The position numbers and the translations under genes are program-made. 64,000 nt of DNA, taken from positions 64,001 to 128,000 of the forward strand of contig JBFWWG010000003.1 in NCBI GenBank assembly GCA_050246315.1, written 5' to 3'. Positions 49,054-59,446 of the stretch are shown one piece after another; within the stretch, counting starts at the first letter, position 1, and the number at the start of each line of letters is the position of its first letter. Below the pieces are notes generated by a model. It saw nothing but the letters and a program-made list of their open reading frames with translations. It did no database searches and had not been told where the DNA came from. Source of the stretch: Nitrospiraceae bacterium. Its GTDB lineage: Bacteria > Nitrospirota > Nitrospiria > Nitrospirales > Nitrospiraceae.

Positions 49054-50421
49054 ATGGTTGAAGTACCCGTCAAGATGTATCTCTCCAGCCTCCTCAAGAA
49101 AGCGCGTGAATCCGTCACGCCCATGGCTCTGCTCTCGGGACCGGTGAAGGAGGCCACCCTTCGGACTGTGGCCGGACTGATCGCCGAACGAACCGAAGAC
49201 CTCTTGGCCGCCAACCAGGCAGATGTCCTGGCTGTCGGCAAGAGCCTCGAAGGCGAGAAGGATAAGGACCGGGTCAAGGCGGCGGTGAATCGCGTCAGGC
49301 TAACGGAGGATGACCTGAAGCTGATGGCCGACCGGATGCAGCGGGTGGCGGACCTCGACGATCCGGTGGGTCAGGTGCTCGAACAGGCGGAGCGGCCAAA
49401 CGGCATGCAGGTCCGGCGGGTCCGAGTTCCCATCGGGATGCTCGGGATCATCTCGGAGTTGAACCCCAATACCACCATGGAGATCCTGGCGCTCTGCTTC
49501 AAGGCCGGCAACGTGTCGGTGTTTCGCGGCGCGCCCGAATGGGCCGCCACCCACAAGGCGTTGGCGGCCCTGTTGCGGGAAGCAGGGGAGGAGCACCGGA
49601 TTCCGGCGGCGGCCCTCACCCTGATCGATCGACCCGAAAAGGACGTGGCACTGGAACTGATGCGCGCCACCCGGCAACAGATCGATGCGCTGATCGTGCG
49701 CGGGGGAGCGGGGCTCCGTAAGGCCGTGGCCGAGACGTCCCGACTCCCGATTCTCTGCCATGACGGGGCGGTCAATCATCTGTACATCGACGGCGATGTG
49801 GACATTCCAATGGCGCAGAACCTCATCGTCAACGCGAAGGCCCAGCAGCCTTCGGAGCCCAGTTCCGTCGATACGGTCCTGGTCCAGCAAAACATCGCGC
49901 GTCAGTTCCTCCCGGCTCTGATCCGTCGGCTGTTGGATGAATTCCACGTGGACGTCCTCGGCTGTCCCAAGACGGTCGCCATGATCGGGGCTCAACAACT
50001 GCCGCAATACCGGAACCTGGTCCCTGCTGCGGAGGAGGATTGGGGTAGGCAATTTGTTTCGCCGACCCTCGCGGTCAGGATGGTGAAGGATCTGGACGAG
50101 GCCCTGGCACATATTGCGCAGTACGGGACCGGCCATACCGTTGCGATCGCGACGCGCGACTATGCCCATGCCATGCGGTTCATCCGCGAGGTGGACGCGG
50201 CAGCGGTACTGGTCAACGCCTCGTCGCGGTTGCACAGCGGCGAAGAGTTCGGATTGGGCGGCGATGTCGGGCTCAGCTCGTCACGGTTGCATGCCAGGGG
50301 CCCCATCGGTCTTGAGGGTTTGACCACTCTCAAATACGTCGTGCTCGGCAGCGGCCAGTTACGCCATCCGCATCCGGTCCCGACGGCCTACGAAGATGCG
50401 ATCATGTTGAAGCGGTTTTGA
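49054..50421 (+). CDS. proA: Gamma-glutamyl phosphate reductase homologue, divergent active site
   Basis: RPNG....RVP.G, NAK.Q.P, VNAS.R..G.EFGLG, LHARGP.GL; the canonical CN dipeptide is replaced by PS. Confidence 0.8.
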   Translation: MVEVPVKMYLSSLLKKARESVTPMALLSGPVKEATLRTVAGLIAERTEDLLAANQADVLAVGKSLEGEKDKDRVKAAVNRVRLTEDDLKLMADRMQRVADLDDPVGQVLEQAERPNGMQVRRVRVPIGMLGIISELNPNTTMEILALCFKAGNVSVFRGAPEWAATHKALAALLREAGEEHRIPAAALTLIDRPEKDVALELMRATRQQIDALIVRGGAGLRKAVAETSRLPILCHDGAVNHLYIDGDVDIPMAQNLIVNAKAQQPSEPSSVDTVLVQQNIARQFLPALIRRLLDEFHVDVLGCPKTVAMIGAQQLPQYRNLVPAAEEDWGRQFVSPTLAVRMVKDLDEALAHIAQYGTGHTVAIATRDYAHAMRFIREVDAAAVLVNASSRLHSGEEFGLGGDVGLSSSRLHARGPIGLEGLTTLKYVVLGSGQLRHPHPVPTAYEDAIMLKRF

Positions 50422-50552
50422 TTTCGTTTCCGTGCGGTGTGAGACGAAAGATCGGCCCGCCCATGCAGATCTTGAGCTCTCACATCCGACAGTTAACGAG
50501 TGGCGTGTCCGATTTCACACTTGACGAATGACGATTGACGATTCATGCCACC

Positions 50553-52061
50553 GTGACCGGCAAAGAGCTGCAGGAAGTCATTGCGGACCATCTGTTCTGG
50601 TGGGACCTCCGTCCGTTCGTATCCGACCGCGACTATGAACGCTGGCAGCGTGAACGTCTCCAACCCGCGGATCTGCATCAACTGAACCTGCTCGCCGAAA
50701 TCCGCCACCGGAATCCCTGCAAGGCGGAGCCGGACCTGGCCTTCTATGAGTTTGCGGCGCAGCCCCGCATCTACCCAGTCCTCTATAGTCAGCGCTTCGA
50801 CTATTATCTGACCGTCGGCGCCGCCATGTTGCCGTATTTCGAACGGTCGCGGCACGTGTTGGACTTCGGCTGCGGTCTGGGCATCCTGACGACGCTCTAC
50901 GCCAGGCGGCATCCTTCGGTGCTGTTCGTTGGATTGGACCGATCGCCCGGTTCCATTGCCGTGGCCCGCGAACGAACCGCCGCCCTGGGCCTGAAAAACC
51001 TGACGTTCCGCTTACTCGACCCGGACCGAGAGCCGCCCACCGGCTTGTACGACACGATCGTGTCCAGCCACTCGCTGTTTCAGTCTGAACAGGACCCAGG
51101 CCTGCCAAGCCGGTCGTGGGATACATTCGCACGGAAGGTTGACCCGACGATGCAACAGGCGTTCGAAACCAGAACCGGGTTGGGTCCCCGGTTGAACTGG
51201 CTTGCCTCCATCCTGGATCAGTCTGGCCGGTTGTTGCTGTTTGAAAAGGCCCGCCACCTTGGCCGGCGTATCGTCTTGCAACGCGCCCTGGCCGCCCGCG
51301 GATTCGCCTTGGAGCAACCGCCGCTCCCGCTCCAATACCTATCGGTCGAAGAACCGACAGAAGATGGACCGCTGTTTGTCTTGAGTCGGCATGCCGATGA
51401 TGCGACGTGCCACCCCTGGGACGAAGAACCCGAGCGAACCGACGGCGATCATCAGTTCATCTGCCGGAGCGCGGCAGCCGAATCCGTCTGGTCGCGCCTT
51501 CCTCATCGTCGCGCCACACGAACCCGCTCGTTCAATCTGCCCGGAATGTCGTCCGGCCTTCTCGAATGGGGGCGATCCGACCTGCTTCGCTACCTTTACT
51601 TCACCCGTGCGAGCGGCACCAGCGGGCTATGGGTGGGCTTGCCGGGACCGGACGACGATCTGCACGGCTCCTTACTTTACACCCTGACTTCGGCCGACTC
51701 GATCACGCCCGACCACCTGGAACGGCTTGAAGCATCCTTGGCCAGTCGCGGATTGGAGGATGACCCCGCCCTGGTGCCCCTCTACGAGAACCACACGGCC
51801 GCCGCCCAGTTGCTGTGGAACGAACTGGCTGAAAAGCTCCGGATCAAGGAGTATGATTCGCCGCTCCCGGACGGACGCCATCTCCACATCGAGCTGGGAC
51901 GGAGCGGGGCTCTGTCATATCTATACTGCGCCAATACATTCGACCAGCGGCAGCTCGTTCTGGTGGAATCCGATCGGCAGGCTCTTCTAGAGCAGTATTT
52001 CGAGGAACTTATCTCGAGACCGGCCCCGCCGGCTCCTGCTTCAGGCAAGCCTATCCGGTGA
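50553..52061 (+). CDS. Class I SAM-dependent methyltransferase with long C-terminal extension
   Basis: VLDFGCGLG, GLDRS. Start approximate. Confidence 0.75.
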   Translation: MTGKELQEVIADHLFWWDLRPFVSDRDYERWQRERLQPADLHQLNLLAEIRHRNPCKAEPDLAFYEFAAQPRIYPVLYSQRFDYYLTVGAAMLPYFERSRHVLDFGCGLGILTTLYARRHPSVLFVGLDRSPGSIAVARERTAALGLKNLTFRLLDPDREPPTGLYDTIVSSHSLFQSEQDPGLPSRSWDTFARKVDPTMQQAFETRTGLGPRLNWLASILDQSGRLLLFEKARHLGRRIVLQRALAARGFALEQPPLPLQYLSVEEPTEDGPLFVLSRHADDATCHPWDEEPERTDGDHQFICRSAAAESVWSRLPHRRATRTRSFNLPGMSSGLLEWGRSDLLRYLYFTRASGTSGLWVGLPGPDDDLHGSLLYTLTSADSITPDHLERLEASLASRGLEDDPALVPLYENHTAAAQLLWNELAEKLRIKEYDSPLPDGRHLHIELGRSGALSYLYCANTFDQRQLVLVESDRQALLEQYFEELISRPAPPAPASGKPIR

Positions 52062-52227
52062 TCTCGGTCGCTCGACCCGACTCTTCGACGGAAACCCCTT
52101 CACATGGATCGCCCCGAAGTTCCGGCCTTGACCCCTGAAAACACGCCAGCTTACAATGCGACAGACCTCATGATCTTATCCTTCATTTTGGATACGCCTG
52201 CCGCCGCCGCAAGGCAGGGGGCATGAT

Positions 52228-54129
52228 ATGCGTGTTGAGTATTCCAAGGGCGATCGTGCCTCCAAGGAGCTGATCCAGCTCCATCGCCGGACCTCCTTCC
52301 AGGCCACCGGTCGGAAGATGAAGGTCATGTTGATCTTCCCTCCCGACTGGTTTCCCTCCGAACCGTACCTGAGCCTTCCCTCCCTCACCTCCGTCCTCCG
52401 CCAAGCCGGCCACACCGTCGTCCAAAAAGACGTCAACCTCGAGATGTGGGACTGGTATTTCAGCGAAAGCTTTCTGAAGAAGGTCCTCCGCCGGGTGCCC
52501 CAACAGTTGGACCGGTTTCGCAAGCTCTCCAGAAAACGCGAGTTGGCCGAGTGGGAGATGGATGTCCAGGTGGCGCTGTGTGATGTGACTCGGCAGCGGA
52601 TCGACGAGCTGATCAAGAAGGCCGAGCAGGCCAAGCGCATCGTGAGAGAGGAAGATAACTTCTACGATATCGATAAGTTGGAATGGGCCATTCAAGTTTT
52701 CCGTGAAGTCACGCAGGTCATCTCGCTGGTCTATTCGCCGGCCCGAATTTGCATGCCGCCGATGGAGACGGATCTCTCCTACAAGCCCTATGTCTCGACC
52801 GAAATCATGGACGCGGTGGAGGACGAACAGGTCAACATCTACCGCGACGTGTTCGAGCACCTGGTCAAGCCGGCAATCGAGGAGCATCGGCCGGACGTGG
52901 TCGGTATCTCCATCGTGCTCCAGCAGCAAATCTTCTCCTCGATGACCTTCTGCGCCTTGATCAAGAAACAGTTCCCTCAGATTCATGTGACGATCGGCGG
53001 CAACACGGTCACGCGCCTCCGGGACGTGCTGCCCGAGTCGCCGCTGTTTCAATATTTCGACAGCGTGGTGGTGTATGAAGGGGAGACGGCGTTCGTACAA
53101 CTGGTCGAAGCGGTGGGTGCCAAGAGAGATCTTTCCGACGTCCCCAATACCATCTACAAGGACGACCAGGGTGTGCATGTCTCGACCACCAGCTATGCCG
53201 AAGACATGGCCGCGCTGCCGCCTCCCGATTTCGACGGGTTGCCGCTAGAGACATATTTCACGCCGACCAAGATATTGCCGTACCTCGCGACGCGCGGCTG
53301 TTACTGGGGCCGCTGTGAGTTCTGCGACCACGGCGAAGGGTACACGGCCGGCTACCGGTCGAAGAAAATCCAGGACGTGCTGGCGGACATCCAGCACCTC
53401 AAAGACAAATACGGCGCCCGACATTTCCACTTTACCGACGAATCCTATCCGCCGGCCCTTTTCCGCAAGCTCGCGCGCGGTCTCATCGAGAACAAGATGG
53501 ACATCTTCTGGACGACCCATATGCGGTTCGAGAAGAGTCTCTTGGAGGAGGGCGTCTGGGAAGACGCGAAGAACTCCGGCTGCCGCTATCTCCACTTCGG
53601 GTACGAGTCGGGCAACGAGCGGGTGCTCAAGCTGATGGACAAGGCCACGACGACGGAAGTGATGGCCAGGCATCTCAAATACACGGCGGAGGCGGGCATC
53701 TGGAACCACTGTATGGGTTTCTTCGGCTTTCCGGGAGAAACGAGAGAGGAAGCCTGGCAGTCAGTGCAGTTCCTGGAGCAGAACAAGGACCATGTCCATT
53801 CGCTGGGCTTCGGCACGTTCGATCTCGGCCGGCACAACCCCGTGGCCAAGCATCCGGGACGATGGGGGGTGACGCCCTATAGGAATCCGGATTGGGATCT
53901 GGCGCTCGACTATTACTTCACCGTGAAGGAAGGGTTGAGCATCGAAGAGGCGGAACGGGTGTTCCAGGAATTCGAACGAAATCATTACGCAGGATGGGAC
54001 CTGCGCCTCTATGTCCGGGAGTATATTTTCCTTTATATTTGCCGGTTCGGGCTGAAGAAGTTGCCGCATCTGCAATACCAGGCGGCGAAGACTCTGGGCC
54101 ATACGCCGACGCTGGCGGGGAAGATGTGA
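52228..54129 (+). CDS. B12-binding domain radical SAM protein
   Basis: PDVVGIS, IGGN, VYEGE, RGCYWGRCEFC, GYESGNERVL. Confidence 0.92.
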   Translation: MRVEYSKGDRASKELIQLHRRTSFQATGRKMKVMLIFPPDWFPSEPYLSLPSLTSVLRQAGHTVVQKDVNLEMWDWYFSESFLKKVLRRVPQQLDRFRKLSRKRELAEWEMDVQVALCDVTRQRIDELIKKAEQAKRIVREEDNFYDIDKLEWAIQVFREVTQVISLVYSPARICMPPMETDLSYKPYVSTEIMDAVEDEQVNIYRDVFEHLVKPAIEEHRPDVVGISIVLQQQIFSSMTFCALIKKQFPQIHVTIGGNTVTRLRDVLPESPLFQYFDSVVVYEGETAFVQLVEAVGAKRDLSDVPNTIYKDDQGVHVSTTSYAEDMAALPPPDFDGLPLETYFTPTKILPYLATRGCYWGRCEFCDHGEGYTAGYRSKKIQDVLADIQHLKDKYGARHFHFTDESYPPALFRKLARGLIENKMDIFWTTHMRFEKSLLEEGVWEDAKNSGCRYLHFGYESGNERVLKLMDKATTTEVMARHLKYTAEAGIWNHCMGFFGFPGETREEAWQSVQFLEQNKDHVHSLGFGTFDLGRHNPVAKHPGRWGVTPYRNPDWDLALDYYFTVKEGLSIEEAERVFQEFERNHYAGWDLRLYVREYIFLYICRFGLKKLPHLQYQAAKTLGHTPTLAGKM

Positions 54130-54201
54130 TCTCGCAACGCGCTGGGTATTGAGTTCAGGGATTGTTTCACGGGTGATGATTGACGTTGGACGGATGACGA
54201 G

Positions 54202-56163
54202 ATGAGCACAGGCGGCTTCATTCAAATCGACGGCCTCGCCCCATTGGCCAAGGAGGCACGGAAGCAGTCGAAGGTCATGCTGCTGTTTCCTCCCGAGTGG
54301 GTGCCGACCGCGCCCTACCTCGCGCTGCCAAGCCTGACCGCCGTGCTTCGACAAGCCGGCCACACCGTCGTCCAGCGGGACATCAATATCGAGATGTACG
54401 ATCACTTCTTTACGACCGAGTTCATGGTCTGGGTCAGAGCCCGACAGACCATGCAGTTCAAGGCTCTGCAGATGAAAGCGAAGCGGGGAGAACTGACGGA
54501 CCAGGAGGCCGGCCAGTTGTCCGTGCTGGAACAACTCATGGCGATCGACGTCTTCGATCTTGCGGCGCGCGCCGAGGAGGCGAAACACGTTGTCCGCAGC
54601 GAGCTCTTTTACGAGGCCGACGGGCTCGAACGGGCGCTCAACACGTTCCGCGAGGTGATGCAGTACATCTCCGCCGCCTATTTCCCCGCCTCGCTGGTGT
54701 TCTATCCAATGGAAAGCAATCTGGGCTACCGGCCGGGTGTCTCGAAAGAAGTCTTCGCGTGTTTGGACGACGAGCAGGTGAATGTCTACCGCGATATCTG
54801 TCATCAGCTCGTGCTGCCGTCGGTGAGCAAGGAGAAGCCGGACGTGGTCGGCGTGTCGATCGGGACGCAGATGCAATTGATCGCGGGACTGACGTTCTGC
54901 AAGATGATCAAGGAGACATTCCCGCACGTGCACGTGGTGGTCGGCGGCAACGTCATCACCAGGCTCCAGGAAGAGTTGCCGAGACATACGAGGCTGTTCA
55001 CGGACGTCTTTGATTCGGCCATTCTTTATGAAGGGGAACATGCCCTGCTTTGGCTCATCGAAGCGTTGAACGGCCAGCGTGACCTTGCGACGGTACCCAA
55101 TCTGATGTACCGGACCGTCGCGGGCATTCACCAGAATCGGGAGATCTACACCGAGAAGACGACGGCGTTGCCGATTCCGGACTTCGACGGCCTCCCGCTC
55201 GACCTCTATTTCGTACCGGAGCGGATCATTCCCTATCTCGCGACACGCGGCTGCTATTGGGGTCGCTGTACGTTCTGCGACCACGGCCAGGGCTATTTCG
55301 ATCAGTACCGAGGGATGACGGCTTCACTCGTCGTGGAGCAGGTGAAGGCCCTGCGCGACAAGTATCGGTGCCGACACTTCCTGTTCGCCGATGAGTCTTA
55401 TCCGCCCGCGTTGTTCAAGAAGGTATCGCAATTGCTCGTGGATCAGGATGTGGGAATCAGATGGACGACCTTGATCCGCTTTGAGGAGACGCTCCAGGAC
55501 CAGGCGATCTGGGACCTTGCCGCGAAGGCCGGATGCTGCACGCTCTATTACGGCATGGAGTCGGCGAATGAACGTGTTCTGAACCTCATGGACAAGCATG
55601 CCAAGAAGAGCGTCATCGAGAGGAATCTGCATCTGGCGGCGAAGGCGGGCATCTGGAACCATGTCATGGCCTTCTACGGCTTCCCCGGTGAGACGCGCGA
55701 AGAGGCGCTGGAGACCAGGCAGTTCGTGCTCGACAACCAGCCGGTGATCCATTCAGTCGAGCTGTTCTACTTTGTGGCCTACCGGCACACGGCGATGGTG
55801 CGCAACCCCGAGAAGTTCGGTATCACGATTCACAAGCAGGAGGAATACGACCTTCCGCTGGACTATTACTACACGCTGAACGAACCGGTGGGAATTTCGT
55901 GCCTCGATGCGATGCAGCTCTGCGAGGAATTCTATCGAAACGATTTCCAGCCCTGGGCCGTGCGCGTGAACGCGCGCGAGCATGTGTTCCTCTACATCTC
56001 CAAGTTCGGCACAAACAAGCTGCCGCAGATTTATGCGCAGCAGCAAACGGTGGGCTCATCCGATCGCGTGTCGGGATTGGTGACATGGCCGGTTTCGGTC
56101 GGTGAGAACGAGGAGGGAAAGGAAACGCTGAGCCGAGTAATGAGCCACGGCGCGGGAGAGTAA
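54202..56163 (+). CDS. B12-binding domain radical SAM protein (tandem paralogue)
   Basis: RGCYWGRCTFCDHG, DESYPPALF; colinear with the upstream paralogue. Confidence 0.92.
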   Translation: MSTGGFIQIDGLAPLAKEARKQSKVMLLFPPEWVPTAPYLALPSLTAVLRQAGHTVVQRDINIEMYDHFFTTEFMVWVRARQTMQFKALQMKAKRGELTDQEAGQLSVLEQLMAIDVFDLAARAEEAKHVVRSELFYEADGLERALNTFREVMQYISAAYFPASLVFYPMESNLGYRPGVSKEVFACLDDEQVNVYRDICHQLVLPSVSKEKPDVVGVSIGTQMQLIAGLTFCKMIKETFPHVHVVVGGNVITRLQEELPRHTRLFTDVFDSAILYEGEHALLWLIEALNGQRDLATVPNLMYRTVAGIHQNREIYTEKTTALPIPDFDGLPLDLYFVPERIIPYLATRGCYWGRCTFCDHGQGYFDQYRGMTASLVVEQVKALRDKYRCRHFLFADESYPPALFKKVSQLLVDQDVGIRWTTLIRFEETLQDQAIWDLAAKAGCCTLYYGMESANERVLNLMDKHAKKSVIERNLHLAAKAGIWNHVMAFYGFPGETREEALETRQFVLDNQPVIHSVELFYFVAYRHTAMVRNPEKFGITIHKQEEYDLPLDYYYTLNEPVGISCLDAMQLCEEFYRNDFQPWAVRVNAREHVFLYISKFGTNKLPQIYAQQQTVGSSDRVSGLVTWPVSVGENEEGKETLSRVMSHGAGE

Positions 56164-56178
56164 GCGGCGGCAGGTCCG

Positions 56179-56427
56179 TTACTGCGGATCGAATCGGCTT
56201 GATAAGAGCTGATAGGCCGCTTCAATCTGTTTGGTCATCGCCTCCGCCTGCTTGTACATCTGCATATACTTCCTTGGGCTGTTGGTGAGATTGGCGTAAC
56301 GCGCCGGATACCACATATGGAGTAGTTCCCGGCGTTTGTAGGTGAGCTGCTTGGCCGTCACCGGCGGCGCGAGCCCGAAAAGTTCGAGAGCCCGTGCGAG
56401 ATCATCGTCGGGATCACCGACCATCAT
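56179..56427 (-). CDS. Small J-domain-like protein
   Basis: ALELFGL..P......RREL...WYP.R...AE....IEAAYQLL; the HPD motif is replaced by YPA. Confidence 0.55.
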   Translation of the reverse strand: MMVGDPDDDLARALELFGLAPPVTAKQLTYKRRELLHMWYPARYANLTNSPRKYMQMYKQAEAMTKQIEAAYQLLSSRFDPQ

Positions 56428-56478
56428 GAGTCAGTCTGTCAAAGGGATGTTCACCCTGTCAATCCGCTGAACTTTGCC

Positions 56479-57717
56479 ATGCCAACCGAACTGCCGATTC
56501 TGCAGGCCCCTCCCATCTTCAGGAACAAGGACTACCGCGAGGTCCTGATCCGGGAATTGGAGGGAGGAAAGATTCCCATCAGCCTCGGCAAGGCCTGTCC
56601 GGTCAAGTGCGAGTTCTGCTACGAGATCGACCACTCCTATCGCGAAACACTTGATCCGCCGAAGACGACGGACGCGGACTGGAAGTTCATCATCGATTAT
56701 CTCAACAAGCAGCCGACCGATCCGATGCAGTTTTGGTGTCTCGGCGGCAACGAATACATGGAATGGACCGATCTGTTTCTCCATCCCAAGGCGATGGAAT
56801 GGGTCGAGGACTTTCTCACCTCCACGGACAAGAATATCTCGTTCTTTACGGTGGGTTATGTGCAGGTACCGAAACTCCATCAGTTGGCGGCGCGGTATCC
56901 GGGACGGATCAACTTCGAGCTGTCGGTCATCACGTTGAGCGAGTATCGGCAACGCCTGATGCCCCACGCTCCTTCGATCAAGCATCTGATGAAGGTGCTG
57001 GACGGGCCCGCCGTCTCGTCGGCCAATTTCTACTCCTTTGATCACCGTACGATGTCCGAGGATGCCCGTCACATCTCGGCGGTGAATCGCTCTTGCGTGC
57101 TCTGGATGGGGTGCCTCACCCCCGTCAAGGGCGTCAAGCCGGACACCTGCACGCTCATGCGGCAGGGGCGGGACAGGCTGCCCGACGAGGCCCGACGCAT
57201 TTATGACATGGGCCTCCCGAATTCGACCACGATTCACACCGAGGCCTATATCACGGCGTTTCTCAACCGCCGACGCATCGTAAGCATGTTCGATGCTCTG
57301 GAACTGGAGAAGAAGGACACCGTCGTCGTCGCCAAGAGCGTGCATCGGATTCTCTCGATGTACCGCAAGAATCGCGCGCGTTTCCTCTTTGTGCCGAATG
57401 CCACCCTCGGAGGCGACTCCGACTGTACGGTGCTGCTGACCTTCGACGACATCGCCCGCCGAGTCACGACGGAAAAGGTGCTCCACATTCCGAAGTGCGT
57501 GATGCAATCCGGACGAGGCGACGACACGGATATCACCGGGGTGACGCTCGGACAATTCACGCAGAAAACCGGCGTGCGGGTGAAGGTCTTGCATAAGATC
57601 AACACCCAGTTCGCGAATCGGCTCCTCTTTCGGAACGGATTGCTCAAGACCTATGTGGAAGATTATCTGAACAATCCCATGACGCAACAATACGAGACTC
57701 TTCCGATTCCAGCCTGA
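56479..57717 (+). CDS. Radical SAM superfamily protein
   Basis: CPVKCEFC (CxxxCxxC), GGNE; C-terminal LGG...C..LL...D. Confidence 0.8.
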   Translation: MPTELPILQAPPIFRNKDYREVLIRELEGGKIPISLGKACPVKCEFCYEIDHSYRETLDPPKTTDADWKFIIDYLNKQPTDPMQFWCLGGNEYMEWTDLFLHPKAMEWVEDFLTSTDKNISFFTVGYVQVPKLHQLAARYPGRINFELSVITLSEYRQRLMPHAPSIKHLMKVLDGPAVSSANFYSFDHRTMSEDARHISAVNRSCVLWMGCLTPVKGVKPDTCTLMRQGRDRLPDEARRIYDMGLPNSTTIHTEAYITAFLNRRRIVSMFDALELEKKDTVVVAKSVHRILSMYRKNRARFLFVPNATLGGDSDCTVLLTFDDIARRVTTEKVLHIPKCVMQSGRGDDTDITGVTLGQFTQKTGVRVKVLHKINTQFANRLLFRNGLLKTYVEDYLNNPMTQQYETLPIPA

Positions 57718-57780
57718 TCCGGCCGCGTTCGCCTTTCCGCGTTGACAAGACCGCGTCCGGAACCTACAGTACAGACACGC

Positions 57781-58713
57781 ATGCCCGGCGAGCCAAGATC
57801 TCTCAAGTTCTATCAAGCCGACGTCTTTTCCGACCGTCCGTTCGGCGGCAATCCGGTAGCGGTCGTGCCCGATGCCGTCGGCCTGGATGATCGCGTCTTG
57901 CAGCGGATCGCACGCGAGATGAATCTGTCGGAGACCGTGTTTGTCTTTCCGCCCACCGATCCGGCGGCGGTCGCCAAACTGCGTATCTTCACGCCGACTC
58001 AGGAGATCCCCTTCGCCGGACATCCCGTCGTCGGGACCTTCCATATCCTGGCATTGCTCAAGCGGATTCCTCTGAAGGAACCCTGCACGCGCGTGTTGCA
58101 GGAATGTAATTTGGGTCTCTTTCAGGTCGAGATCTATTCCGCGGACGATGAGATTCTCCGCGTCATCATGTCACAACCGCAGCCTCAATTTTTGGGACGT
58201 GTCGAAGAGGTGCGGGATCAGTTCGAGATCGCGCAGGCCTTGGGCGTCGCCAAATCGGCGATCGCCGCAACCAAGTTTCCTATCGAGATCGTGTCCACCG
58301 GGCTGCCGACCCTGATCGTGCCGATGCGGACGCTCACGGCCGTCGATTCGATCACCCCTCATCCGCAGGCCATCGCGGAGTTGTGCGATCGGTTCGGCGC
58401 CAACGCCATGCTGGTCTTCACGACGGTGACGGTCGAGCCGCGTTCCACCGTGCACACACGCGTCTTTGCTCCGGCCATCGGCATCGTAGAGGATCCCGCC
58501 ACAGGGAGCGCCAGCGGAGCGCTCGGCGCCTACCTGGTTCAAAACGGGGTTGTGCAGGTCAATCCGACGACCGACATCATTGCGGAGCAGGGCTACGAAT
58601 TGGAGCGACCGTCGCGCATTCTGATCCGAGTGGAATCGGACGACGATATGATCAAGGACATCAAAGTCGGCGGAAGCGCCGTGATGGTCGTGGAAGGCAC
58701 GCTGAATTTCTAG
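57781..58713 (+). CDS. PhzF family isomerase/epimerase
   Basis: DVF...[29 protein letters not shown]. Confidence 0.93.
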   Translation: MPGEPRSLKFYQADVFSDRPFGGNPVAVVPDAVGLDDRVLQRIAREMNLSETVFVFPPTDPAAVAKLRIFTPTQEIPFAGHPVVGTFHILALLKRIPLKEPCTRVLQECNLGLFQVEIYSADDEILRVIMSQPQPQFLGRVEEVRDQFEIAQALGVAKSAIAATKFPIEIVSTGLPTLIVPMRTLTAVDSITPHPQAIAELCDRFGANAMLVFTTVTVEPRSTVHTRVFAPAIGIVEDPATGSASGALGAYLVQNGVVQVNPTTDIIAEQGYELERPSRILIRVESDDDMIKDIKVGGSAVMVVEGTLNF

Positions 58714-58900
58714 CCCGTTTTTTTACGATGACTTCTACTGCCACCGCCGTGGACCCGTTGGCGCCCAAGAGCACCGGGTACCCCGGCTACGACAAGGTTG
58801 GTTGAGCCTGAAGAGCAGCCGAGACTCGAAATCGAGTCCGTTTAGCTGACATCCCAGGAACACAGACGGACGTATTTGCGTCACAAAGAAGGAGGAAGCA

Positions 58901-59302
58901 ATGTCCACAGTCGGTCAGCTCATGAATTCCAAACCAGTCGCCGTCGGGTCCTCTACGTCCGTGAAGGGTGCGGCGAAACGCATGAAGGACGATCACATCA
59001 GCTCGCTCTTGGTGAAAAAGGGCGGCAGGATCGTCGGCATTATCACCGACAGCGACATCGTGAGGCGCGGCATCGCCGGAACCAAGGATCTCAACAAGCT
59101 GACCGTCCAGGACATTATGACGGCACCGGTGGCAACGATTGAGACCGTCCGCACCGCTCAGGACGCGCACGACATGATGGGTGATCTCGGCGTGCGGCAT
59201 CTCGGCGTGACGCGTGGCGGCGACATCATCGGCATCATTTCGGTTAGGGATTTGCTGGTTTTTTATAGGCGCGTGTCGGAACCGAAGATCACCCAGGATT
59301 AG
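58901..59302 (+). CDS. CBS domain pair protein
   Basis: Two CBS motifs (IVGIITDSD, IIGIISVRD); AGGAGG RBS. Confidence 0.9.
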   Translation: MSTVGQLMNSKPVAVGSSTSVKGAAKRMKDDHISSLLVKKGGRIVGIITDSDIVRRGIAGTKDLNKLTVQDIMTAPVATIETVRTAQDAHDMMGDLGVRHLGVTRGGDIIGIISVRDLLVFYRRVSEPKITQD

Positions 59303-59446
59303 CCAGGGCCGAAACACGTCAGATATCATACGTCAACCGTCAGTCGCGAGAAGCACGAGGCGTCCTACAAGGAAAAGGCGGGCCCAGTCTTCACGATTGA
59401 CGGGTGACGACGCGATCACCCAAGCGCGTGATCGCCGGCCAGAGAA

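Noticed and set aside
50463..50531. 22-codon ORF as a RiPP precursor for the radical SAM cluster
   Set aside because: No RBS, overlaps a heptamer repeat tract, and has no leader or core features.
52183..58044. Long antisense ORFs (52183-53178, 53761-55284, 56431-58044; likewise 26467-27570 and 49300-50235)
   Set aside because: They are shadows of well-supported genes in GC-rich DNA and carry no family motifs.
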